Source: Candidatus Kapaibacterium sp. (GTDB lineage Bacteria > Bacteroidota > Ignavibacteria > Kapaibacteriales > UBA2268). Taken from it: a DNA stretch of 64,000 nucleotides. The position numbers and the translations under genes are program-made. Below, one piece after another: positions 19,121 through 30,604 of this stretch. The notes beneath the pieces are model-generated. The model had not been told where the DNA came from. It was given only the letters and a program-made list of their open reading frames with translations, and did no database searches. The first letter of the stretch is position 1; the number at the start of each line of letters is the position of its first letter. The stretch covers positions 2,656,001-2,720,000 of the forward strand of contig OY761611.1 in assembly GCA_963664875.1 (NCBI GenBank). The letters are read 5' to 3'.

Positions 19121-21508
19121 TTATATTCCTAATTCGAACCCTATAAATATACTTCGCTCTGCTGCAGGGAAGAAAAATCTACCTTCAGCTCCGGCTGCGT
19201 ATAGTTTGTTGAATAAATTGATGACTTGAGTGTGTACTTTGATGCTCTCTGCTCCAAGCACATCTCTGAATGTATAGGCAAGATCGAGATTGAAAACCAA
19301 AAATGCATCTAAAGTGTTATCTGTATAGTATTCTGAGCTGTTTTTCAGGTCAGTCATGATGATTTCGTTACTAGTCAGCATGTCTCCATAGTTGTCTGTT
19401 TTGGATTCGCCAAGGTATCTTCCTGCCAAATTGATATAAAAATTACTATGTTCATAGATGAAACCGAAGTTTGCCATTAAGCTCGGGAATCCTGCTATAT
19501 CATTTCCTTCTAACGAAACAGCCTTTTGGTCTTTTGAGATATAATCCCATTCCAATATTTCATTTTTTGAAAATGTAGCATTTGCAAATGGTTTTATGCT
19601 GCCCGGTATCACACCTTTTATCAGATATGATGCCTGCAATTCTAATCCGGTGTGGCGTGTTTTAGGTGCATTACCATCGACAGGGTTACCAAATATATCT
19701 AACTTCCCTGTTTTTACTAATTCATCAGAATAATCCATAAAGTATCCATTGACACTAAAGTAAAGATTTTCATTTCTATATGAATAGCCTAATTCGATGT
19801 CGAGCATCTTTTCCGGTTTTACGATTGGGTTGTCAAAATCATAATAAACTTCTTCGCCTGTCTGAACAGTTGCAAACTGAGGATGCGAACCTGAAAAAGA
19901 AGAAGAAGCATCATAGAGATTTTTCATTCGTGGTTCTCTATTGGTGTAGGCTATTGATGAAAATACAGTCTGATTCTTATCTATATTCCACGTAGCACCA
20001 ACTCGAGGATTGACAAAGAAGTAGTTTACGTCAAATATCTGACCGCCATTCCCGACTGTCTTCCCGTCTTTATCTATGTATGCAGAGTAAATACCACCGA
20101 ATTTTTCGTTGTCAATGGCATATTTATTATATACAAACTGGGCTTCGCCGCTTAGCATCAAATTATCAGTAACTTTGTACTGTTCACGGAAAAAGAAAGA
20201 CATTATATCTCTAATACCGTCGTATTCATATACTTTGTAGTTAGGATCAAAATTTTCAGGCAAATTTTCTGCGTATAGTATTTTCATCCAGTGCTCCGAG
20301 CGATGTCTTCTGATTTCAGCACCCATTGTTATCTGATGTTCGCCCTGATTCCAAACAAGTCTTGGTATCCAGCCTCCGTGTCTATTTCCTACAAAGTATC
20401 TCACAATCGGGTTGCGTGGAACTTCTGCATCGCCCAATCCGTTGTTTTCGTTAAAATTGAAATATGATGGAGAATACATCCATGTGCTCAGCTCGTCGAA
20501 TTGCCCGTCTCCGGTGTAATAGAACAATGAAGATTTAAGTGACAAATTATCTGTGATTTGCCAATCATTGAGCAACTCGTAGTGAGGCTGCGAAAAAGCT
20601 TCTACATCATTTCTGCTTCTTTCGTCTGCCCACTCTACAGCCGTACCTGTAGAATCGTAATTCCACCAGCTGTAATTTTTTATGCGTAAGTCTTCGTTGC
20701 CAATGTGTGCTTTCGGGATACCCTGATATACTAATGCATCAGTCAGAGGGCCTCCAAAAATATTGATTTGTGTTGTCAGATTTTTGTCAAATCTTGCTGC
20801 ACTTAAGAAGAAGCTGTTCAGAGTTGCCCAAGAATGATTCCTGTAGCCTTCTGAGTTTATTCGTGAAAGGCGACCGTAAAATGCATATTTCCCATCAACC
20901 AAACCCGAAGATGCTTCCATTGAAAATTTGCTGAGACTCTGCAAATTGTTTTTGGCGGCACTTCCGTATTCCTGAAAGCCAATGCCGGAATATAGTTTAA
21001 TACCTGAATTATTAACAAAATTGGAAGTAACCAGATTGATGCTGCCACCGATTGCAGCCGCACCATAATTCATCATACCTGCACCGCGCTGCACCTGTAT
21101 GTTTTCCAAATTAGATTGGATATCAGGAAAGTCAATCCAATATACATTGTGATCTTCCGGGTCGTTTTGTGGGATGCCGTTGATAAGCACCGAAATGCGT
21201 CTTTGGTCGAAGCCACGCATAGAAAGGTTAGAGTAGCCTACTCCATTGCCGGATTGCGAATAAGTGTGCACTGATGGCATAGCATTAAGAAACATAGGTA
21301 GGTCAGCCACAGTGTGTAGCATCTCAATTTCCTGACGCTTAATCTCTGAAAATGCTACAGGGCTTTTGCCTTCGACAGCTCGGGTAGAAGTAACCGTAAT
21401 GCTGGGAAGATTAACTGTCTTGATAGAGTCGCTTGTTACTTTTTGAGCGAACAGGCTCACAGAAAAGCAGCTTAGAGCCACAGCGGCAATAAACATTTTT
21501 TTTAACAT
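19121..21508 (-). CDS. TonB-dependent receptor, probably for thiamine
   Basis: Signal peptide, plug motifs (SMRGFDQRR, INGIPQNDPED, IQVQRGAG), barrel ending FELGI; directly downstream of a TPP riboswitch. Confidence 0.9.
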   Translation of the reverse strand: MLKKMFIAAVALSCFSVSLFAQKVTSDSIKTVNLPSITVTSTRAVEGKSPVAFSEIKRQEIEMLHTVADLPMFLNAMPSVHTYSQSGNGVGYSNLSMRGFDQRRISVLINGIPQNDPEDHNVYWIDFPDIQSNLENIQVQRGAGMMNYGAAAIGGSINLVTSNFVNNSGIKLYSGIGFQEYGSAAKNNLQSLSKFSMEASSGLVDGKYAFYGRLSRINSEGYRNHSWATLNSFFLSAARFDKNLTTQINIFGGPLTDALVYQGIPKAHIGNEDLRIKNYSWWNYDSTGTAVEWADERSRNDVEAFSQPHYELLNDWQITDNLSLKSSLFYYTGDGQFDELSTWMYSPSYFNFNENNGLGDAEVPRNPIVRYFVGNRHGGWIPRLVWNQGEHQITMGAEIRRHRSEHWMKILYAENLPENFDPNYKVYEYDGIRDIMSFFFREQYKVTDNLMLSGEAQFVYNKYAIDNEKFGGIYSAYIDKDGKTVGNGGQIFDVNYFFVNPRVGATWNIDKNQTVFSSIAYTNREPRMKNLYDASSSFSGSHPQFATVQTGEEVYYDFDNPIVKPEKMLDIELGYSYRNENLYFSVNGYFMDYSDELVKTGKLDIFGNPVDGNAPKTRHTGLELQASYLIKGVIPGSIKPFANATFSKNEILEWDYISKDQKAVSLEGNDIAGFPSLMANFGFIYEHSNFYINLAGRYLGESKTDNYGDMLTSNEIIMTDLKNSSEYYTDNTLDAFLVFNLDLAYTFRDVLGAESIKVHTQVINLFNKLYAAGAEGRFFFPAAERSIFIGFELGI

Positions 21509-21593
21509 GGAAAAATCCTTTTAAAAAAGTTTTACAAAAGATTTTCCAATTGGGGATATAAAGAGAGAGCGATAAGAACAATGCAAAGCAATG

Positions 21594-21682
21594 CCTTCCG
21601 TATTCCCTACGCCGGTATTATCCGGATCAGGTTCCAAGAGTGTTCTCTCAGGGACTCATTTTGCCCCACCTCCAACGGAAAC
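21594..21682 (-). promoter_or_regulatory. TPP riboswitch aptamer
   Basis: Minus strand reads ttccgttGGAGGTGGGG...CCCTGAGAgaacactcttgGAACCTGATCCGGATAATACCGGCGTAGGGAatacggaa; P1 is ttccg/cggaa. Confidence 0.93.
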
Positions 21683-22034
21683 TTTCGCAATATACGAATT
21701 TTTTGCGGATTTATTTTGCAACATGCGATTATGCACATTTTGAAAAGTGTGTTTTAAACTGTAATACTGTACAAGTTCCCATTCTTTTATGGCAGTTAGA
21801 TATAAGTTTCGTAACAAAAGTGAGATAATCTTATCCGCCTTCTCATACAAACCGCCAGAACTTATAGACTATTTTTGCAAATCAGTAAAAATACATACAC
21901 TTCTTCTGAGTTGGCTCAATAATTGCTTGTTTATACTTAGCAGTCTGTTATTCACACTACTCATTTTTACTAATGATAATCTTAGAGAGAATGAGAATAT
22001 TTGAATTTTTATTTCTAAAAAATAGGTAGCATAT

Positions 22035-22277
22035 TTGTATCCAATTTTTATGCTCAGGAAGATAAATACTGCAATGGAAAAAAGCCTAAAAAAACATTTG
22101 ATTTGTGCTGATAGAGATTTGGATTCGTCCTATCTTGTTGATAGCTTGTGGCGTATGATAAATAACGGCAAAGAGATAGACGAATTAGAAAAAGCCTACT
22201 TCGAAGCAGTTGCTGACAGACTGAAGCATTCCGATTCTTCTTTTCAATTTAACCAACATCAAACCATACTCAAGTAA
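22035..22277 (+). CDS. hypothetical small protein (start uncertain)
   Basis: 80-aa ORF filling a spacer, co-oriented with the HAD gene; no motif recognised. Confidence 0.4.
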   Translation: MYPIFMLRKINTAMEKSLKKHLICADRDLDSSYLVDSLWRMINNGKEIDELEKAYFEAVADRLKHSDSSFQFNQHQTILK

Positions 22278-22349
22278 GTATAAATACTTTTGCTATTCCC
22301 GATTGTTTTTATTAGCTTTACATACCTGTAATATTTGACTGTAAGTTCA

Positions 22350-23033
22350 ATGAAATTAGTAATTTTTGATATAGACGGCACTTTAACCGATACTGTCAGT
22401 GTCGATGATTATTGCTATGGCATGGCTCTTTCTGACATCATGAAGCTCAATATTAGTGATCTGGACTGGCACGCTATCAAAAAAGCCGGCTCAGGCACAG
22501 ATATGGGGATGCTGCTTGCATTGTGCGAATCTATCTGCCACAGCAAGCCCAGAACTGAAGAAAAGCGATTATTCTACTATTATTTCAAAGCCTGCCTTAC
22601 TAAAATGAGCATATCCAACCCGGAAAGGTTTCTGCCTGTTAGTGGAGGTGTGTCGTTCTTCGAACATATCAAAAGTAATCCTGATTATTCTGTTGCTGTT
22701 GCCACTGGATCTTGGGACGAAACCGGTAGAATCAAACTGAAAGCTGCCGGCTACGACTTAGGCGATTTGCCTTATGCTAATTGTAGCAAATATTCCGTAA
22801 GAAAAGACATAATCAATCATGCAATCAAACTATCCGGCTTTTCAGGCGAGATGAGTGAAGTAATTTATTTCGGCGATGGTTTATGGGACAAACAAGCCAC
22901 AGAAGAGTTGGGAATTAAGTTCGTTGGGGTGGATTATCATTCTGACGGTATCTTAGAAAACAACGGAGTAGAACATATCATATCTGATTATAATGATATA
23001 GAGAGGCTATACAGTTTACTCGAAATATTATAA
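22350..23033 (+). CDS. HAD-superfamily hydrolase
   Basis: MKLVIFDIDGTLTD motif I, VATG motif II, YFGDGLWD motif IV. Confidence 0.9.
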   Translation: MKLVIFDIDGTLTDTVSVDDYCYGMALSDIMKLNISDLDWHAIKKAGSGTDMGMLLALCESICHSKPRTEEKRLFYYYFKACLTKMSISNPERFLPVSGGVSFFEHIKSNPDYSVAVATGSWDETGRIKLKAAGYDLGDLPYANCSKYSVRKDIINHAIKLSGFSGEMSEVIYFGDGLWDKQATEELGIKFVGVDYHSDGILENNGVEHIISDYNDIERLYSLLEIL

Positions 23034-23372
23034 ATCATCTAAAGTTATTCTCAGATTCCCCTTTTTCTTTTCTCGGAGCTGCTCCCAAGCCTCACGTCTG
23101 ATATCGTCCTGCATATAAAGAGCTAAGCTGTAATCTAATCTTGTATTTAGATTGCCAAGCACCGAATACGCTTCATTTATCTCATTGAATAGAATGTTTG
23201 CGGCTTCATTGCCATGATTAATATCCGGATGGTACTTTTTTACCAGTTTCATGTAAGCATTCTTTATTTCTTCCGTAGAAGCAGTCCGTCTGATGCCCAA
23301 TATTTTGTAGTAATCTTTAATCACTTGCTTTTGTCTGGATTTGTTGATAACTCTGAATACTAATAGATACAA
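23028..23372 (-). CDS. small DnaJ-domain protein (GTG at 23324 is the likelier start)
   Basis: KDYYKILG, KYHPD, INEAYSVL J-domain signature. Confidence 0.85.
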   Translation of the reverse strand: MYLLVFRVINKSRQKQVIKDYYKILGIRRTASTEEIKNAYMKLVKKYHPDINHGNEAANILFNEINEAYSVLGNLNTRLDYSLALYMQDDIRREAWEQLREKKKGNLRITLDDL

Positions 23373-23415
23373 AAATAGAAATAATATTTTACTTACGGTA
23401 GTTTAGAATAATAAA

Positions 23416-23446
23416 AACCTCCTTCGGAGTATCTCAAAAGGAGGTT
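23416..23446 (-). terminator. intrinsic terminator after icd
   Basis: aacctcctt / aaggaggtt stem; the A-run on + gives a U tail on -. Confidence 0.7.
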
Positions 23447-23468
23447 GTATAACTATAATTTATAATAC

Positions 23469-25694
23469 TTACATTGCATCAATTATTGCATTGTAAGTAG
23501 CACTTGGTCTCATTGCTTTAAACGCCAAATAATCATTCGGCATAAAGTAACCGTCTAAATCAACAGGTTTGCCCTGTGCAGCAAGAAGTTCCGCGTCAAT
23601 TTTTTCAGCATTTTCTGCCAAATCTTTTGCTACTGTTTCGAAGCGGGCTTTTAATTCAGCATCTTTGTCCTGAGCGGCAAGAGCTTCTGCCCAGTAAAGA
23701 GAAAGATAGAAAGAGCTGCCTCTGTTATCTATTTCGTTTACTTTTCTTGATGGGGCTTTGCCGTTTTCGAGATATTTACCTACTGCTGTGTCAAGAGTTT
23801 CAGCAAGGACAGCTGCTTTTGCGTTGCCTTGAGCTGCAATTTGCTCAAATGACGGAACCAATGCACAATATTCACCGAGAGAATCCCAGCGTAAGTGACC
23901 TTCCTTTACAAATTGCTGTACGTGCTTAGGAGCAGAACCGCCGGCACCTGTTTCATACAAGCCACCGCCATTTAGAAGCGGCACGATTGATAACATTCTT
24001 GCACTTGTGCCAAGTTCGAGGATTGGGAATAAATCAGTCAGATAATCTCTCAGCACATTACCTGTTGCAGAAATAGTATGTTCGCCTTTTCTTACTCTTT
24101 TCAAAGTATATTTCATTGCTTCTACAGGAGCAAGGATATGTATTTCCAATCCTTCTGTATCAAACTCAGGTAAGTATTTATTGATTTTTTCTATGATTTG
24201 TGCATCATGGCCTCTGTTTTCGTCTAACCAGAATACTACAGGCGAACCGGAAGCTTTAGATCTTCGCACAGCAAGACCAATCCAATCTTTGATGGCTACA
24301 TCTTTTGTTTGACAGGCACGGAAAATGTCACCTTTTTCTACAGACTGTTCTAATAGAATATTACCGTCAGTATCAACGACATTGATAAAACCTTCAGCTT
24401 CTGCTTCAAAAGTTTTATCGTGAGAGCCGTATTCTTCTGCTTTTTTCGCCATAAGACCGACGTTTGCAACGTTGCCCATAGTGGATGGATCAAACTGACC
24501 GTTTGCTTTTGCATCTTCGATTATTTCGCGGTACATAGTAGCGTAGCATCTATCCGGAACCATTGCTATACAGTCTTGCAATTCATCATTTTTATTCCAC
24601 ATTTTACCACCATCGCGAACAACGTTTGGCATAGATGCATCCACGATAACATCGTTAGGTACGTGAAGATTTGTTTTGCCAAGGCGAGAGTCAACCATTG
24701 CCAAGTCAGGCTGAGTTTCATAGACTTTATTGATGTCTGCTTCTATTTCAGCTTTTTTATCTGCAGGAAGTTTGTCTAATTTGCTAAGAACATCAGCAAG
24801 ACCAAAGTTTACATTTGCACCGATTTCTTTTAATGTATCTGCATGTTTTTCCAAAGCATCTTTGAAGAAGACGGAAACTGCATGACCAAACATAATTGGA
24901 TCAGACACTTTCATCATTGTAGCTTTTAAGTGCAAGGAGAGAAGAACACCGTCTTTTTTGGCTTCTTCGATTTGCTCAGCATAAAACTTACGCAAAGCAT
25001 TTACATTCATAACAGAAGAATCAATTACTTCATCTTTCAATAAAGGCAATTTTTCTTTTAGAATTTTTGTGCTACCGTCTTTAGCTTTGAAAACTATCTG
25101 AACATTTTTATCTGCGTCCATCGTTACTGATTTTTCGCTGCCGTAGAAGTCTTTTTCTGTCATGTGAGCTACACGGCATTTAGAACCTGCTTCAGGCCAC
25201 GGCTTCATCATGCGGTGAGGATTTTTCTGAGCAAAACGTTTAACGGAGTCAGCAGGGCGTCTGTCAGAGTTACCTTCGCGTAAAACAGGGTTAACAGCCG
25301 AACCAAGTACTTTAGCAAATCTTGCCTGCAAAGCTTTGTCTTCTTCCGTTTTTGCTTCTTCCGGGTAAAAAGGTATATCGTATCCCTTAGCTCTGAGTTC
25401 TTTAATTGTATCTTGTAGCTGAGGAATAGAAGCACTGATATTAGGTAATTTGATAATATTAGCTTCAGGAGTTTTTGCAATTTCCCCAAGCTCAGTGAGA
25501 TAATCATCGATTTTTTGTTCTTCAGTTAGTTTTTCAGGAAAGTTAGCGATAATTCTACCTGCAAGTGAAATATCTTTTACTTCAATATCAATGCCTGTAC
25601 CTTTAGTAAAGGCTTGCACCACAGGCAATAGAGCGTAAGTTGCCAAAGCAGGAGCTTCGTCAATCTTAGTCCAGATAATAGTGTTCTTAGCCAT
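23469..25694 (-). CDS. icd: monomeric NADP-dependent isocitrate dehydrogenase
   Basis: [59 protein letters not shown]; ~741 aa from ATG 25694. Confidence 0.97.
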   Translation of the reverse strand: MAKNTIIWTKIDEAPALATYALLPVVQAFTKGTGIDIEVKDISLAGRIIANFPEKLTEEQKIDDYLTELGEIAKTPEANIIKLPNISASIPQLQDTIKELRAKGYDIPFYPEEAKTEEDKALQARFAKVLGSAVNPVLREGNSDRRPADSVKRFAQKNPHRMMKPWPEAGSKCRVAHMTEKDFYGSEKSVTMDADKNVQIVFKAKDGSTKILKEKLPLLKDEVIDSSVMNVNALRKFYAEQIEEAKKDGVLLSLHLKATMMKVSDPIMFGHAVSVFFKDALEKHADTLKEIGANVNFGLADVLSKLDKLPADKKAEIEADINKVYETQPDLAMVDSRLGKTNLHVPNDVIVDASMPNVVRDGGKMWNKNDELQDCIAMVPDRCYATMYREIIEDAKANGQFDPSTMGNVANVGLMAKKAEEYGSHDKTFEAEAEGFINVVDTDGNILLEQSVEKGDIFRACQTKDVAIKDWIGLAVRRSKASGSPVVFWLDENRGHDAQIIEKINKYLPEFDTEGLEIHILAPVEAMKYTLKRVRKGEHTISATGNVLRDYLTDLFPILELGTSARMLSIVPLLNGGGLYETGAGGSAPKHVQQFVKEGHLRWDSLGEYCALVPSFEQIAAQGNAKAAVLAETLDTAVGKYLENGKAPSRKVNEIDNRGSSFYLSLYWAEALAAQDKDAELKARFETVAKDLAENAEKIDAELLAAQGKPVDLDGYFMPNDYLAFKAMRPSATYNAIIDAM

Positions 25695-26300
25695 TTTAGT
25701 CCTTATATAGTAATTGCAGAAAATGAAAATCAAGTTTGTAGAGTCTCGCTCAAGCGAGTTTAATATTCACTACTTACAGACTCACAAAAGCACAATTTTG
25801 TGTTAAGTTACAAAAGAAAATTATTATAGCAAAGACAAATCGAGAATATTTTCTCGATAAGTATTGAGTATAAAGAAGTGAAAACCCTATTGAATATTGT
25901 AGGACAGCTAACAGCAAAACAAGCTCTTGTTAAGATTTAACTGTATATATAATTTTGTATTCTAAAATGATAACTTGTTAGTTTTATATCGAGCTTAAGA
26001 TGCCTCATAGTAGATATTAGTAAAAATATTTTTAAAACAGATATCTTATTTGGCATAAGAAAAATAATCAAAAACAGTTAAGTTGGAGCTTGTCTTGTCA
26101 GATGTCAAATCAGACGGGAAAATGCTGAAATAGAGGGCTTTTGGGAGCTACAGAAATATTTTTTGGAAATAAATATTTCTCTACAATAATATATTTGCAA
26201 AATTGTGTATCAAAGAAAGAAAAATGTTTTGTTTTTTTGCAGACTTATATGTTATTTTTGCAGACCTTTGTAGGGATTGTAATATTTTATGAGGTGAAGT

Positions 26301-26540
26301 ATGTTTTGGACTCCTGAGTTAGCTCAAACCCTTGAGGATGCTCCTTGGCCGGCTACTAAAGACGAGCTTATCGATTATGCAAACAGAATAGGTGCGCCAC
26401 AGCAAGTCCTTGATAATCTATTGGAGCTTGATGATGGGGATGAATTGATCGAAGGTGTGGAAGATCTTTGGCCTGAGTACGAAGATGTAATCAACGAAGA
26501 ATACTTCTATAATGACGATGAAGAAGAACAGTATTTCTAA
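26301..26540 (+). CDS. DUF2795 domain protein
   Basis: MFWTPELAQTLEDAPWPATKDELIDYA, a conserved FCB-group small acidic protein. Confidence 0.9.
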   Translation: MFWTPELAQTLEDAPWPATKDELIDYANRIGAPQQVLDNLLELDDGDELIEGVEDLWPEYEDVINEEYFYNDDEEEQYF

Positions 26541-26631
26541 GATACATCCATTCAAGTTTGTGTAGTAAAACTTATTCGAAGCGTATCAGAGCATTTGGTT
26601 TCAAATGTTCAGTTACGCTTCTTTTCTTTTG

Positions 26632-28929
26632 TTAGAATGCATGACCTATGCCAATATAAAATACAGGGGATTTGAATGCTTCCGAAAATGTGTATGTCAT
26701 GTAGTTGCTTGTGCCAACTTTAGGACCAAAAAACGGGAACGCTACGTCAGCACGCAGTGGCCCAATCGGCATGTCATATCGCAATCCAGCACCGATTGAG
26801 ACAGCCAATTTAGTAAAATAGTCGATAGGATTCAAACTTGTCTGCCTGTCCGGAGACTCTGCATACCAACCAAAAGCATTGCCAAAATCTATAAATCCTG
26901 TAAAGCCTATACTGCTTATCTGATCTGCCAACTGTGAACTCAAATTTGTTGGGCGATTAAAATGATAACGGAACTCTATGCTACCTTCGACTAGCGTAGA
27001 ACTTCCTACTATGTCAGAATCAAATTCGAACTGATCACTATTAAAATCTTCGGTGTTGCTTGCATTTTGTGTGTTTCTGTAAGAATAATGCAACTGGCGG
27101 GCAGGCCAGCCTCTAACGCTATTTGCTCCTCCCGCAAAAAACTGCCTGTCAAATGGGATAACAGAATTGTCATCTAATTGCATTATGTGACCGGCTTTAA
27201 ATTTTGTTGCTAATACAAGATTCTTGGCAAGGGAGAAAAAATGGAAATGTGCAAATTGGAATCTTGCATATCTTGCTATCCCTGATAAATCGGAGAGGGA
27301 CATAAATATATTCCATCCGTCAGTTGCTATAGAAGTAAAGTGTCCTTTTGTTGGATTTAAAGGATGATCTCGCTTGTCTCCCGAAAATGTGAGGCCCAGA
27401 ATATTGGAACTGAAAAAGTGATTATTGGTGTAATCTGCAAGTTGTTCGTAATACCTGAAAGAATATTCGGAGAACTTATTGTCTCTATTTGGGTCATTCA
27501 TTATTTCCCGCCACTGAGTAATGTCGATGGGATATTCCCTTGTAAGCCAGAAGTCGAGATAAACCCTGTCTATAAACAAAAATTTTCTGAGATTAGCTGT
27601 AAATCTGACAGGGAAGCTAAATGTTTCTAATTCAAAATCAGATTGAATATTCCTACGAATAAACTCCGGCCTTGATAGCAAAGAAACACGCACTCCTTCG
27701 AAGTTCCATAGTAATGGCTGCATAAACTCGAACGAGAGTCTGTATTCTTTCTCGGCTTTGCCGGTCTTGATATATTCGATTATGTCTTTAATTGCAAATT
27801 TGCCTGTGATACCTAATTTTTGAGCAGCTCCACCGAAGTTTTTGAATAGTACAGAACCATCAATACCTATTGAATAATAATCCTGCTCCTGGCTATTGAC
27901 TGCCTCGTTAAAGTAAGGCTCAATACCATACTCAAATTGATGCCCGTAATTGTTTAATATCCTGAAATTGATCGTCGAATCTGTGAACGCTGAAAATGTA
28001 GATGATGTATCAATATCCGGAATAAAAACTCCAAGGGACATGAGATTTATTTCGGAATTTTTTATTTTGTCTTTGCTGTACCAGTCACCTTCTTTGAAAT
28101 CAAGCATTTGCCGTTTTTGATAGAGAGAAACGGATCTCTGCCCATTAAGACTGTCCACAAAAGTAATACTACCAATTTTAACTCTCCTGCCCGGATTGAA
28201 ATATATATCTAAACTGTCGTCGCTGCTTCCAAATTTTGTCCTAACAAAATCTGCCGCAAATTCGGAATAAAAGTACCCGTTGTTTTGTAATAATCTGATG
28301 ATTCCATTGACCTCAGAAACTATTCTTGTTTCATTGAAGTATTCACCTTCTTCGATAACCCTAAAAGAATTTATCTTGCTTCTGATGTCATTGGGTAGAG
28401 TGTCCAAGCCATGGTATTGGTAGTAGGCGAGTTTTGCTCTTGTGCTGTCATTAATAACAAAAGTAAGTACATTTTTTTTTGCAGAAGAGTCAGGTTCAAA
28501 TGTATAATCAATCTGTGCCCAATGGTAGCCACTCATATTATACAGCTCTTTTAGTACAGTCTGAATATCAGTTTCCACCACGTTAGGACTAAAAAAGCTA
28601 AGCTCATCATTCATACTGTTCAGGCTTCGCTTTAGTTCTGATTTGATAGGTTCTGTTACAAACTCAGGGCTGCTCATTTTAGAAATATTGTCGTAATAGT
28701 ACCGAAGGAAGTTATGGGTAAAGCTTCTGTCGCTCTCTCTTGTTTTTATAATGCTTTTGAGCTCATCTTCGAGGAAAGCCTGAGTGCCTTGGAAGCGGAT
28801 TTCATGTATCTCGTAGCCATAGCCATGGTCTAAAGCAGGGAAAAGTCCTTTGTGAGTTTTCCTCTCTGCAGCAGACAAAGATATAGAGCATATAAGAAAT
28901 AAGAGAATCAATCTCACAGCTGGACTCAT
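26632..28929 (-). CDS. BamA/TamA (Omp85) family outer-membrane protein
   Basis: POTRA-like N-terminal region, FFAGGANSVRGW, GLRYDMPIGPLRAD, C-terminal IGIGHAF. Confidence 0.9.
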   Translation of the reverse strand: MSPAVRLILLFLICSISLSAAERKTHKGLFPALDHGYGYEIHEIRFQGTQAFLEDELKSIIKTRESDRSFTHNFLRYYYDNISKMSSPEFVTEPIKSELKRSLNSMNDELSFFSPNVVETDIQTVLKELYNMSGYHWAQIDYTFEPDSSAKKNVLTFVINDSTRAKLAYYQYHGLDTLPNDIRSKINSFRVIEEGEYFNETRIVSEVNGIIRLLQNNGYFYSEFAADFVRTKFGSSDDSLDIYFNPGRRVKIGSITFVDSLNGQRSVSLYQKRQMLDFKEGDWYSKDKIKNSEINLMSLGVFIPDIDTSSTFSAFTDSTINFRILNNYGHQFEYGIEPYFNEAVNSQEQDYYSIGIDGSVLFKNFGGAAQKLGITGKFAIKDIIEYIKTGKAEKEYRLSFEFMQPLLWNFEGVRVSLLSRPEFIRRNIQSDFELETFSFPVRFTANLRKFLFIDRVYLDFWLTREYPIDITQWREIMNDPNRDNKFSEYSFRYYEQLADYTNNHFFSSNILGLTFSGDKRDHPLNPTKGHFTSIATDGWNIFMSLSDLSGIARYARFQFAHFHFFSLAKNLVLATKFKAGHIMQLDDNSVIPFDRQFFAGGANSVRGWPARQLHYSYRNTQNASNTEDFNSDQFEFDSDIVGSSTLVEGSIEFRYHFNRPTNLSSQLADQISSIGFTGFIDFGNAFGWYAESPDRQTSLNPIDYFTKLAVSIGAGLRYDMPIGPLRADVAFPFFGPKVGTSNYMTYTFSEAFKSPVFYIGIGHAF

Positions 28930-29147
28930 AAATTACTTTTTCAATGCTTGACACAATCATAAGATACAAAAATCTACAAAAAAAGTGCCAAATCTAAGTA
29001 GGAAATTTGAAAAAAGTCGAGAGATTACTCCAACTCTCATAGTATTAAAAACTTTGGATGTTCATAATTAAAACACATACATAGTAATCCATTCTAAAAA
29101 AAAATGATTATATAGCTTCTATTGGCAAACCAAATTTTAGAAGACTG

Positions 29148-30518
29148 ATGGAATACTTTATTCTTTCGATATACTTTTTGATGCTTATTATTTTATCTTT
29201 TAGAGCTTATAAAAAAATTAAAGGCTCTGATGATTTTTATGCTGCCGGCAAAAATGTCGGTTACAAAGGTGTTTGGGGGAGTCTGCTTGCTACTATCCTT
29301 GGTGGTTCGGCTGTCATAGGCACTGTCAACTTCAGCACAGACCATGGTTGGGCTGCTGCTTGGTTTATGCTATGTGCTGCTTTAGGACTGTTGATGCTTA
29401 TACCGTTTGTACCTAAAGCCAGAAAGTTTGCCAATTTTACGATAACTGAGCTGATTGGAAATTTTTACGGGAATAACGCAAGACGTTTTGCCAATATTTT
29501 GATACCCATAGCATGGACTGGTGTAACAGCCGCTCAAATAATTGCTGCCGGAAAAATATTGAATGCTTATGCAGGTATAGATTATTTCTACTCAGCACTC
29601 GGAGCCGGCGTAGTTTTTATTGCTTATACTATGGCAGGTGGGCAAAAGTCCATTATAAAGACTGATGCTATGCAGGCTTTGCTTTTGATAGCATCTATCG
29701 GAGTAATTTTTGCATTCGTTCTAAATTCAGAAACAACACAATCTCAAAATATAGAAATACTTCAATTTCCATTTAACCAATCATTTTCAGTCTCTGATTT
29801 GATTATGATGCTCTTCACGTATTCCTCAACTTTTCTTGTCGGGCCTGATGTATATTCCAGGATTTTCTGTGCGGGCAGTGATAAAAGTGCTTCGAAGGCA
29901 TTATTGTTAACAGCTCTTGTTCTGATTCCGATAGCATTTGTACTTGCATATCTCGGCATAGAAGCTACAATGCTATTCCCTGCTGATTTGTTTAAATCCC
30001 AATCTGCTTTGGTTTTATTGGTAAAATCGCTATTACCTGCTTGGGCAGTTGGTATTGTCATTGTAGGATTGCTTGCGGCAGTGATGTCGTCAGCTGATTC
30101 TATATTGCTAACAGCAGCTTCTCTAATTACAGACTTGCGTGGCAAAAATCTAAAAGAGCGTAGCAGTATCAAGCATACCAGATTGTCAATCTTCGCAGTA
30201 GGTACCGTGAGTATTCTTATCTCTTTGTGGTATAGTAATGTTATAGGAATATTTTTGATAGCACTTGCAGTATTTTCAGGAGCATTTATAGTGCCGGTGT
30301 TGTTAGGTTTGATGGGTTACCGTTCGGGCAATAATAAGTTTGCAGTCGCAGGGATGTTCTGCGGGGCAGTTTTAGCACTTGCCGGAAAACTTCTGGCATT
30401 GTATGGTTATAATGGTATTGGGGATAATTTGGTGTTGAGCTCCTTTTTTGCTAATGGGCTAATCATCATTTTGCCAAGCCTTCTTAGGAGATTGCAACCC
30501 GCAATGAACAAAGGTTAA
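29148..30518 (+). CDS. sodium:solute symporter family protein
   Basis: About 13 TM segments, DFYAAGK, YTMAGGQKSIIKTD, AAVMSSADS. Confidence 0.9.
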   Translation: MEYFILSIYFLMLIILSFRAYKKIKGSDDFYAAGKNVGYKGVWGSLLATILGGSAVIGTVNFSTDHGWAAAWFMLCAALGLLMLIPFVPKARKFANFTITELIGNFYGNNARRFANILIPIAWTGVTAAQIIAAGKILNAYAGIDYFYSALGAGVVFIAYTMAGGQKSIIKTDAMQALLLIASIGVIFAFVLNSETTQSQNIEILQFPFNQSFSVSDLIMMLFTYSSTFLVGPDVYSRIFCAGSDKSASKALLLTALVLIPIAFVLAYLGIEATMLFPADLFKSQSALVLLVKSLLPAWAVGIVIVGLLAAVMSSADSILLTAASLITDLRGKNLKERSSIKHTRLSIFAVGTVSILISLWYSNVIGIFLIALAVFSGAFIVPVLLGLMGYRSGNNKFAVAGMFCGAVLALAGKLLALYGYNGIGDNLVLSSFFANGLIIILPSLLRRLQPAMNKG

Positions 30519-30604
30519 AATGTTTGTCTTGCCAAACCCATCTCGGAACATTGCCGTGTATTGAGCCTATGTCTGTTTCCTAACCTAACTTCGGAAGAGC
30601 AGTA

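Noticed and set aside
21640-22004. Short ORFs 21640..21828, 21656..21850 and 21789..22004
   Set aside because: They overlap the TPP riboswitch and its promoter region; no coding signature.
25803-26300. Possible sRNA in the long icd-DUF2795 spacer
   Set aside because: No convincing stem, terminator or known RNA motif; consistent with divergent promoters (a TAnnTTTG-like box lies at about 26253).
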